A stretch of DNA of 63,202 nucleotides, filler included, from Octopus bimaculoides (Eukaryota): assembly GCF_001194135.2 (NCBI RefSeq). It is 10 parts of 9 records of this genome, joined end to end, with 100 filler letters (N's around TTAATTAATTAA, not from the genome) between each part and the next. Parts side by side here need not be neighbours in the genome. Positions count along the whole stretch, not along the records: positions 47,159 to 56,479 come from NC_068982.1; positions 56,580 to 63,202 come from NC_069007.1; 8 more parts are not named here. One strand, written 5' to 3'. The notes beneath the pieces were generated by a model, which ran no database searches, was not told where the DNA came from, and worked only from the letters and a program-made list of their open reading frames with translations. Numbering within the stretch: position 1 is the stretch's first letter; every line of letters begins with the position of its first letter. The position numbers and the translations under genes are program-made. Positions 53,516 to 63,202 of this stretch are shown here, piece after piece.

Positions 53516-54129
53516 ATACTTGTACCAACAACAAATATTGAAGTTGATGAAAACATATCTAGTAGCTATTACTGTTTTTCCATGCTCTTCTTTCTTTTAA
53601 TATTTGTGTTCTTATGCTACTCTTGGTCTTAATTTCTTCTTTGGGATGTTCTTCCCGATTTTCATGTTTTGTCTTTATATTTTTATTTTCTATGCTTTTC
53701 CATTTCTCTTCTTCCTCCTTCCTCTTCTCCTTCAACAAAATATTCTTTACAATGAGTAGCTTGGAGCTAAATTTTCCAATTTTCAAAGTTTTGAAGTAAA
53801 CATTTTAAAAACTTGTTCCGATCCAATCAATACGATGCGAAATAATTCACACCTGAGCTTCATATAATATCAGACAATTTCATCATTATTTTCTACTGCT
53901 GTAAATCGCCTCTTATTCTTAGTGATTTTTAGATTAATTCTACAAACTAAGAGTGCCAGAATTTCGATAATTATTAATGAATTTGCCTTCTTTGAGTTAC
54001 ATATTCTAGAGTGAGGTAACTTGTACTCTTCTTACTTAGATTTTGTCATCCATTTTAACCTTTTCAAAGAATTTTTTTTTTCTTTTTGTCGTTGTTCAAT
54101 TGGATTGATAGATATGTAAAGTAAACCAG

Positions 54130-55450
54130 TCACGAGAATAGTTTGAACCTAGAATGCAAAATATGTAACACATTAAGTTAAAGAATACGCCGTTTCTGTC
54201 AGCTTCTGCGATGTGAAATTACTCGCATTTGAAGTTATCCGTACTACACTCTGATTTGATTGTTAGGTACAACGTTATTCCAGAGGATGCCGAGAAGTTT
54301 GTGTATGCATCTAACTTCAAAAGAATTAAGTTTCTTTTAATAACTGAACAATAGATACCATATTTACTGAAACAGAGTCTAAGTCACAGAGCAAACTTTC
54401 TGCTACCGCAAATTTTCACAATTCTTTGAACCTAACTCATGCTACTCTTGTTTTCATGTTCCATAATGCCTTATAAACCAAATGATAAATGAATCTCTCA
54501 TGTAAACGATCTCCTGGATATTTTGAACTTTAGTTTTAAGTGTTTTGTTGCCTACCAGCATGTAATTTGTAATTCATGTTGTTCTTAGGACGAAAGCCAA
54601 CTCCCCTAGAGTTATTTAAATTCATAAAGCCTTGTTTCTGAGCGTTAGGTACTAACTTCTGGGGTTGCATTGTTATCAAGAAAACCTTGTTCCATCTAAA
54701 AAGAAAGTTTTGAACCGTCTGTTTTTAGTTACTCAGTGGCGAATTTAGAGTTCTAATAGATTTGGCTATTAATGTAATAATATTGTATTATGTGTATACA
54801 AAATTTACAAGACTTGCCGCCTTACATGAAAAACATATTTTTCTTATAAGTTAACAGTGTTTACGAGATCTTACATCTTTATAATAACTATGATGATAAA
54901 ACAAAAACTTTTGAAGAGATCATGGGTACATACTTTAGACATGGTTAACTGTTGAAGTTGATTCCATGTAGTAAGAAGGAAGCTACAAATAAAATTTGAG
55001 CTGGGTTAAAGGCTTTGAACGAAACATAAAGTCGATGTATTTCGGTTCGTAACTTTTATAATGTACCCTAAATATTAGCCTTTGTTGTTTACGTAAATAT
55101 TGAAGTAAAACATTTGTTGTTATTTTTATAAGTTCCAAGAGTACAAACATGAAGTAGACCTGCTATTAAAAACTTTTATGCGGTGACAATCACTTCTTTT
55201 TTCACATAATCTATCCACGACTATATTATCCAATGTACACTTCATTTTTAAATATAATAGTGTACTTTAAGATTTGGTTGATTTTCTATTTATTTCAGTG
55301 ACTACGTAAAGACAGCCTCATTAGTGCTGGCATAGAGAAATCTCTGCAAGATTGGCGGTACAATACATCTCCACATGAAAACATATTAACTAACGGCCGC
55401 CTCCATTCGTTCGAGGATAGCGGTCTGGTAGCACAAATTGTTGTGGTAAT
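54130..55450 (-). mobile_element. Heavily decayed RTE-like LINE RT region
   Basis: FEVRCIHKLLGILWNNVVPN (~54262-54325) fits the RTE-type FE.RC.R..L.I.W...V.N motif. Upstream motifs are weaker. Confidence 0.5.
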
Positions 55451-56354
55451 CAAAAAAATCGTTACGCCAAATAATACATGATCCGATTATAATTTATGAC
55501 TGTTAAATCTGCAACTTTCCACTAAAGCCAAAGAAACCAGATTATTGACTATCCCTGTCCACAGATAAGAATATATTGGCTGTTGCTTTGCGTGACATTG
55601 TTAATTTTGAAGATTTCTTAACTGACATTTAAGATAGAGATGATATTCAAAGACTTGGAAAGAAATTTCAACATTTCATGCTATAACATAATCTTTCTTT
55701 TATTTTATTAAATGGTCAAGGAAGGTGGGGCAGTGTCTATGGTCTTTTGTAAGCAGCCCCAGCATGATAAGATCAAGGCAGTTATTGTTCAAAGCAGATT
55801 ACGAAAAATTCCAGTTTTCCTTCCATTTTAAGGAAAATATTGCAATGAAAATCTATGGATGGACTAGTATTGTTGGTTACGAAGGCAAGAAAATCTATAA
55901 AAGCTGGTTTTAGCGAAATATCTTCTGGAGTATAATGTTAATTTACTCGCTATAAAACTTTGAACTGTTAAACGTAGATTCAGGCATTAATTTTGTTGCA
56001 GTATAAAATATTGCCAATTCTTTGCAGGCACCTCCATCTTAATCATGTAAACGAAAACTCAATAATGAGAATGTTTATGTTTCGCATGAGATTAAGTTGA
56101 GTTGTATAATTTATTGGTCCTTGATAATACTTGCCAGTAATTTGTGCTATTTGTTCGCAGCAATGAAAAATTCACACCACTTATTTCCAATCATTTCCTT
56201 TTTCTATTCATTGCATAAAAGCAATAGCTTGTTTTGATGACTGACATCTCGACCGAGACTTCTAATCGACAAGTAGGTGTTTCTCTTGGGTTTTCTAATA
56301 AACGCATAAACGCTAACTGCAATAAAATATAAAGGTATAAATGAATATGAATAA

Positions 56355-56479
56355 ACATGGTTCCGGGTTCAGTTCCACTGCGTGGCACCTTCACCAAGTG
56401 TCTTCTACTATAGCCTCGGGCCGACCAAAGCCTTGTGAGTAGATATAGTAGACGGGAACTGAAAGAAGACCGTTGTATA
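56355..56479 (+). mobile_element. Type B SINE head, cut by gap
   Basis: catggttccgggttcagttccactgcgtggcacc...gaaagaagacc. Confidence 0.85.
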
Positions 56480-56579
56480 NNNNNNNNNNNNNNNNNNNNN
56501 NNNNNNNNNNNNNNNNNNNNNNNTTAATTAATTAANNNNNNNNNNNNNNNNNNNNNNNNNNNNNNNNNNNNNNNNNNNN

Positions 56580-56945
56580 GCTGTGTGGTAAGTAGCTTGC
56601 CTACCAACGACATGGTTCCGGGTTCAGTCCCACTGCGTGGCACCTTGGGCAAGTGTCTTCTACTATAGCTTCGGGCCGACCAAAGCCTTGTGAGTGGATT
56701 TGGTAGACGGAAACTGAAAGAAGCCCGTCGTATATATGTATATATATGTGTGTGTGCGTTTGTCCCCCCCACCATCGCTTGACAACCGATGCTGGTGTGT
56801 TTACGTCCCCGTAACTTAGCGGTTCGGCAAAATAAATCGATAGAATAAGTACTAGGCTTACAAAGAATAAGTCCTGGGGTCGATTTGCTCGACTAAAGGC
56901 GGTGCTCCAGCATGGCCGCAGTCAAATGACTGAAACAAGTAAAAA
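56580..56945 (+). mobile_element. Near-full-length, well-preserved type B SINE
   Basis: Best-preserved B copy in the window. Confidence 0.92.
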
Positions 56946-57049
56946 AAAAAATCACCAGAGTTTCTAAATCCAGTGAAAGGCACTAATATTTGGTTGTATT
57001 TGGCATAGGTCGAAGGTCCCGGGTTAAAAGGGTTGGATAAGATAAACTC

Positions 57050-57345
57050 GGTTTGTAACCATCTGGTTTTCGATTTTAGTCCCGCAGCGCCATGCCATGC
57101 CTTTTACTATGGCCTCGGGTCGATCTATGTCTTGTGAGTAAATTTGGTAGATAGAAACTATGCGGAAGCCCGTCGTATCTGTATAGGTGTGTTTGCATGT
57201 TTTACTTTGTGTTTGTGCTTGCCCGCACCACCGATTGACGCTCTGGGTTGGTCAGGTTTGCGCCCACCTAACTTAGCGGTTGTGACAAAAAGAAACCGAT
57301 TGAATAGTTACCAGTCTTTAAAAAAAGTACTGGAGTTGATTTGTG
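57050..57345 (+). mobile_element. Diverged type B SINE
   Basis: tactatggcctcgggtcgatc...gaagcccgtcg...aacttagcggtt. Confidence 0.7.
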
Positions 57346-57349
57346 TGAA

Positions 57350-57705
57350 TAGAGAAGGCACATGGCTCAGGGGTAAGATCGTCGGGCTCATAGTCATGAG
57401 GTCGTGAGTTCGATTCCCGGACCGGGCTGTGTTTTGTGTTCTTGAGCAAGACACTTTATTTCACGTTGCTCCAGTTCACTCAGCTGTAGAAATGAGTTGC
57501 GACTTCACTGGTGCCAAGCTGCATCGGCCCCTTTGCCTTTCTCTTGGATAACATCAGTGGCGTGGAGTGTGGAGGCTGGTATGCATGGGTGACTGCTGGT
57601 CTTCCATAAACAACCTTGCCCGAGCTTGTGCCGCAGAGGGTAACTTTCTAGGAGCAATCCCATGCTCATTCATGATCGAAGGGGTCTTTACTCCTGGTTT
57701 GTTTG
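57350..57705 (+). mobile_element. Type D SINE (tRNA-Met-like head, Meta/CORE-like core) + tail W
   Basis: tggctcaggggtaag...ctcatagtc...aggtcgtgagttcgattccc, followed by gtgttcttgagcaagacac...ctcagctgtagaaatgag. Confidence 0.8.
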
Positions 57706-57978
57706 AGTAAAACCCTTCAACGCGAGTGTAACAAAAGATGAAAAAATAAATGATGTAAAAATGGAAAAGAGGATTTTGGAGCGACTGGAAAATGAAGTGA
57801 TTTGCTCGACGACCGAACACACCACTCTGTCAAAAAATTGAACACATAATCCCTTTTGGGAGCCGTACTTGCCTAACCACAAAGCCACGGGTCAAGTGAA
57901 GCAATTATAAAGGAACGTCACGAACTAAGGACGATAGTTCAATTTAATTCTGATATTCGCCATAGATGTTAGGATGTG

Positions 57979-58367
57979 TTGTTGGCACTCCGTCGCTTAC
58001 GACGTCGAGGGATCCAGTTGATCCGACCAACGGAACAGCCTGCTCGTGAAATTAACGTGCAAGTGACTGAGCACTCCACAGACACGTGTACCCTTAACGT
58101 AGTTCTCGGGGATATTCAGCGTGACACAGTGTGACAAGGCTGACCCTTTTTGAATTACAGGCACAACAGAAACAGGAAGTAAGAGTGAGAGAAAGTTGTG
58201 GTGGAAGAACACAGCAGGGTTTGCCACCATCCCCTGCCGGAGCCTCGTGGAGCTTTAGGTGTTTTCGCTCAATAAACACTCACAACGCCCGGTCTGGGAA
58301 TCGAAACCGCGATCCTATGACCGCGAGTCCGGTGCCCTAACCACTGGGTCATTGCGCCTCCACTGAA
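57979..58367 (-). mobile_element. Intact type C SINE + tail V
   Basis: C head at ~58200-58363. 11-bp TSD gttaggatgtg at 57968-57978 and 58368-58378. Confidence 0.9.
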
Positions 58368-59101
58368 GTTAGGATGTGATTTAATGAATACCGTACTATT
58401 TTATTGAAATTAGCCACGTAGCGGCCATTGCTAGAGTCCCTCAAATAAAGGGTGATAATTTCAAAGAAGTAAGAACTAATTTCATAAAATTAAAATCCAG
58501 ATAAAGAGGTCGAAACCCTGGGCTTTGTTTGCATGAAAGGAAGCGGAGTAACAACGAGCATGTTTCGATAGTATGAAACCTCATTAGTTCACTTGGATTG
58601 GTCGACAATAGTTTTTATTTATATAAATGTTATTTGGGATGTAAAATTGTGGCTAGTATAATTTGCATAACTGAAAGATAAAATGATTTAATGGAAATAA
58701 CTCAAATGAACCAACGGTGTCGATTTAGGCAAATAAATTCAAGGATGATGAGGAAAATGAATTATGTAGCTAAGCAATTGTAAATTGATTGAAATTTATC
58801 TCTTAGTTGGAGATGGTAAAGAAACGCCAAGTGCTAATCGTTGGTGACAGCAGGAGATAAATACGTAGATCTAAGCCCTCGACGGAAAAACAATGTAGGG
58901 TTTGCCGTACATGAGGGGAGGAAGGGGGCTGAGAAGATCAGTTAATTATGATTTTATTCAACTTACTTCCCTCTTAGATTCACACACTTATTGCAGCGGT
59001 CCTTCAGTTTTTCTGAGCCCTGTAAAAAAATTCGGAAGGTTCGGCCACCAACCAGGCCTTTCACGACACCCTTACAGCCAAACGGGTTCTCAGCACACGT
59101 T

Positions 59102-59154
<53 letters not shown>

Positions 59155-59631
59155 NNNNNNNNNNNNNNNNNNNNNNNNNNNNNNNNNNNNNNNNNNNNNN
59201 NNNNNNNNNNNNNNNNNNNNNNNNNNNNNNNNNNNNNNNNNNNNNNNNNNNNNNNNNNNNNNNNNNNNNNNNNNNNNNNNNNNNNNNNNNNNNNNNNNNN
59301 NNNNNNNNNNNNNNNNNNNNNNNNNNNNNNNNNNNNNNNNNNNNNNNNNNNNNNNNNNNNNNNNNNNNNNNNNNNNNNNNNNNNNNNNNNNNNNNNNNNN
59401 NNNNNNNNNNNNNNNNNNNNNNNNNNNNNNNNNNNNNNNNNNNNNNNNNNNNNNNNNNNNNNNNNNNNNNNNNNNNNNNNNNNNNNNNNNNNNNNNNNNN
59501 NNNNNNNNNNNNNNNNNNNNNNNNNNNNNNNNNNNNNNNNNNNNNNNNNNNNNNNNNNNNNNNNNNNNNNNNNNNNNNNNNNNNNNNNNNNNNNNNNNNN
59601 NNNNNNNNNNNNNNNNNNNNNNNNNNNNNNN

Positions 59632-59666
<35 letters not shown>

Positions 59667-59951
59667 CATAAAGAGGTATTATGCAGCAGAATTACATGAT
59701 TTACTTATCGATGTAAACCTTAAAAACTTACTTGATTTCATTCGTTTTCCGTTTACACAATTATCCTGACAAGATTTCGGCCAATCCTTTACTGTAGCGT
59801 GGGGTATGCATGTATGTATGTATATATGTATGTATGTTTGTATGCATATATGTATGTATGTATGTATGTATATATATATGTATGTATGTATGTATACTCC
59901 GGTACACAGAGATAAACTTACCACACGTATATACTTTTGCATAAACATCTC

Positions 59952-59997
<46 letters not shown>

Positions 59998-60165
59998 CGC
60001 ATATTTATATACATATATATATGTATGTGTATGTGTCTGTGTGTGTTTGTGTGCGTGTGTGTGTGTAGAAATAGCTGTAAAAATACAATGAGGTGCTGAA
60101 ATTTTATTAAGTTACAACATATATATATATATATGAGAGAGTGAGTGAGTGAGAAAGAGAGATAG

Positions 60166-60196
<31 letters not shown>

Positions 60197-60399
60197 GATA
60201 AATAGATAGATAGACCGGCAGAAAGACCGATAGTTATATTGTCAAATAGATAGAAACATAGAAAGTTAGTTAATTACGTAGGCAGATAAATACATAGAAA
60301 GACAGAGAACTATATATATACATGTGATGCACACAAGCACTCACATATATATATACTGACACACATCAACACACACAGGTATACAGTGAAAAACGTAAA

Positions 60400-61440
60400 G
60401 ACTCTGACAGTAAAACATTCAAAAATTCAGACACTGACATGGCGTCGCTTAGACAGCAAAAGGTTCAGAGAGTAAGCTAACCAGACGAGCATGCAGTCAG
60501 ATGCTCAGACAATGTGAAACACTCAAACCAATTATACAGTCAGACAGTAGGTCAATGAGATAGCCAGGCAACAGAACAGTTAGACAGTCGAATTCTTTGA
60601 CGTTCAGTTACTCAGACGCCTCCCAGCAGTCCGACAGTTAGGAAGTCAGGTAGTCAGACAGACATGTAAATAGTTTGACATTTAGACAGGAAGAAAGTCA
60701 GACATGCAGATAGACCGAGAATTAAAGTCAGTCAGTCAGTTAGTCAGTCAGTCAGACAATGAAACTTTCAGACAGTCATACAGTCAGAAATGCAGAGAGC
60801 AGACACGCAGGCAGTTAGACAATTAGACAGCATGACATTCAGTCTAACAATTAGACAGTCAGACAGTGATACAAACAGTCAGACATGCAGACATTCAGAT
60901 AGTCCGACTATTAGACAGTCTGACAGTTAGAGTCGGACTGGCAGAGAGTTCACCACTTAGAGAGTCAGACAGGTAAATAGTTCGACAATTAGACAGCAGA
61001 CAGTCATATAGACAGACAGTCAGACATGCAAGCAGTTAGGCATGCGGACTGTCACTCAGGCAGACAGACATGAAGACATGCAAGTAGTCCGACAATTAGA
61101 AAGCCAGACTGGTAAATAATCAGACATTCAAATGCTCAGACATTAAATAACCAGACACTTAACAGACATAACATATTGGGATATCAAATAGTAAGACAGG
61201 AAAATATGTGACAGACATGAAAACACCAGAAGCTCAGACAGTGGGACACCCGACACTCAGACACATCGACAATCAGACATAGAGACAGTAAGACAATCAG
61301 GTACCAGGTACCAGACAACAATACCAGGTACCAGATGCAAAACACCAGACACTAGATATCGGAGACTAGCTACCAGACACGAGACACGGGACACCAGTCA
61401 CCTGACACCAGACAAAATAGGTACCGGTCACCAGATAACA
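60400..61440. repeat. Degenerate (CAGA/CAGT)-based satellite grading into a 7-bp accagac/accaggt repeat
   Basis: Dense cagacagt, cagacatg and ttagacag motifs; 7-bp period from ~61290. Confidence 0.8.
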
Positions 61441-61504
61441 CATTTTTGCGAGTTGAATGCCCTGGAGTTACGTGAAAAAAAGCAAAAAAAAAAAAGCAAA
61501 CTAC

Positions 61505-61672
61505 GTAAAACCGATACTCCGTCAGTTTCGACGACGAGTGTTCCAGTTGCTCTGATCAACGGAACAGCCTGCTCGGGAAAGTAACATGCAAGTGGCTGAG
61601 CACTCACTCCGCAGACACACATGCCCTTAACGTAGTCCTCAGCTACTTACCACACAGACATTCCCGCGCCTA
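61505..61672 (-). mobile_element. Chimera: first ~30 bp of the B head fused to tail V
   Basis: Minus strand reads taggcgcgggaatgtctgtgtggtaagtagc + tgaggactacgttaaggg...gcaggctgttccgttgatc. Confidence 0.7.
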
Positions 61673-61673
61673 C

Positions 61674-61715
<42 letters not shown>

Positions 61716-61932
61716 CGTTTCTACTATAGGCACAAGGCCTGAAATTTGGGGGGGGGGAGGAGACTAGACAATCATATCGACCGCAGTGTTTCACTGGTAG
61801 TTAGTTTATCGATCCGGATTGGATGAAAGGCAAAGTCGACATCGACGGAACTTGAACTCAGAACGTAAAGACAGACGAAACACCGCTAAGTATTTCGCCC
61901 GGCGTGCTAACGGTTCTGCCAGCTCGCCGCCC
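61674..61932 (-). mobile_element. Type A SINE (Y tail) with (att)n tail
   Basis: Complete head to cgccgccc; tail cctatagtagaaacg(att)n. Confidence 0.88.
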
Positions 61933-61934
61933 TA

Positions 61935-62537
61935 TTGTTGTTGTTAAATGTTACTGTTGTTGTTGTTTTTTCTACTGTTGCTGCTGCCGCCGCCGCTGCT
62001 GGTGTTGATGTTGTTGTTGTTGTTGTTGTTGTTGTTACGGCTGTTATTTTCGTAGTTGCTGTTGTACAAGATTATTAAAGCACTTATTGTTGTCACTGTT
62101 GTTACTGCTACTACCCTTGTCATCATCATCATCAATCATTAACATCATCATCATCATCATCACGATCATCACCATCATCATCATCATCACGATCACCGTC
62201 ATCATCATCATCATCGTCATCGTCATCTTCGTCATCATCATCATCATCATCGCCATCATCATCGTCATCATCATCATCATCGTCATCATCATCATCGTCA
62301 TCATCATCATCGTCATCATCGTCATCATCATCGTCATCATCATAATCATCATCATCGTCATCATCATCATTGTCATCATCATCATCACGACCATCATCAT
62401 CATCATCACCATCGTCATCATCATCGTCATCATCATCACCGTCATCATCATCACCATCATCATCGTCATCATCATCATCACCATCGTCATCATCATCATC
62501 ATCACCATCGTCATCATCAACATCATCATCGTCATCG

Positions 62538-62575
<38 letters not shown>

Positions 62576-63041
62576 GTCATCATCATCATCGGCATCATCA
62601 TCACCGTCATCATCATCACCATCATCACCATCGTCATCATCATCATCATCATCACCATCGTCATCATCAACATCATCATCATCGTCATCGTCATCACCAT
62701 CGTCATCGTCATCGTCATCCTCCTCATCATCATCGTCATTATCTTCCTTATCATCATCATCATCCTAGTCACCATCATCACCATCGTCGTCGTCGTCGCC
62801 GTCGTCATCGCTGTTGTGAGCCTGCAGTAGCTGGTAGTTAACATCCGGGTATTATCTGCCCCATCAACATGCAACAACATTGTCTAACGTTCATTAATAA
62901 ATATTCAGTTATGACTCATCAATCCTTCCGCCGAAACACAGAAGCAGCAGCACCATCATCATCAACAGCAGCACCATCATCATCATCATCAACAGCAGCA
63001 GCAGCAGGAACAGCACCGTCATCACCAACAGCAACAGCAGC

Positions 63042-63113
<72 letters not shown>

Positions 63114-63202
63114 AGCGTCGTCATCATCATTAGCATGATCTTCATCACCACCGTCTTCGTCATCATCAACAGCAGCAAAAACAGCAGCAAAAGCAGCAGC
63201 CA
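61935..63202. repeat. Long mosaic triplet array (GTT/GCT, CAT/CGT/CAC, CAG/CAA)
   Basis: Directly visible. Confidence 0.95.

Noticed and set aside
57350-57430. tRNA-Met-like sequence as a functional tRNA gene
   Set aside because: The acceptor stem does not pair and the sequence continues into a SINE body.
62044-62880. Long Met-, Ile- and Ser-rich ORFs (also 7590-8252, 24092-24765, 36000-37475)
   Set aside because: Translations of triplet microsatellites, open in several frames, with no unique coding content.

Overview
Eukaryotic, AT-rich, repeat-dominated non-coding DNA, about 9% N. The SINE families and the dense AC/AT/GATA/triplet microsatellites resemble those of Octopus (cephalopod) genomes; this is an inference from recognition, not a database hit. 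No host protein-coding gene can be identified. Most ORFs in the track are microsatellite or N-run artefacts, and a few overlap decayed transposon coding sequence. The window holds about 30 copies or fragments of four tRNA-derived SINE types (labelled A-D here), several with clear target-site duplications (TSDs). It also holds decayed non-LTR retrotransposons (R4/Dong-like, RTE-like, CR1-like), a pogo-like transposase remnant, MITE- and Helentron-like non-autonomous elements, and minisatellites. Nine 100-bp scaffolding gaps carry an artificial TTAATTAATTAA linker, so order and orientation across them are uncertain. The highlights are: (1) a complete type I hammerhead ribozyme at the tip of a ~126-nt hairpin (29440-29565), plus a decayed second core; (2) three tandem Dong/R4-like insertions separated by (TAA)n target arrays; (3) a SINE nested in a SINE with two TSD pairs, at the same site as the junction of a dimeric SINE; (4) head/tail swapping among the SINEs; (5) a 180-bp palindrome.
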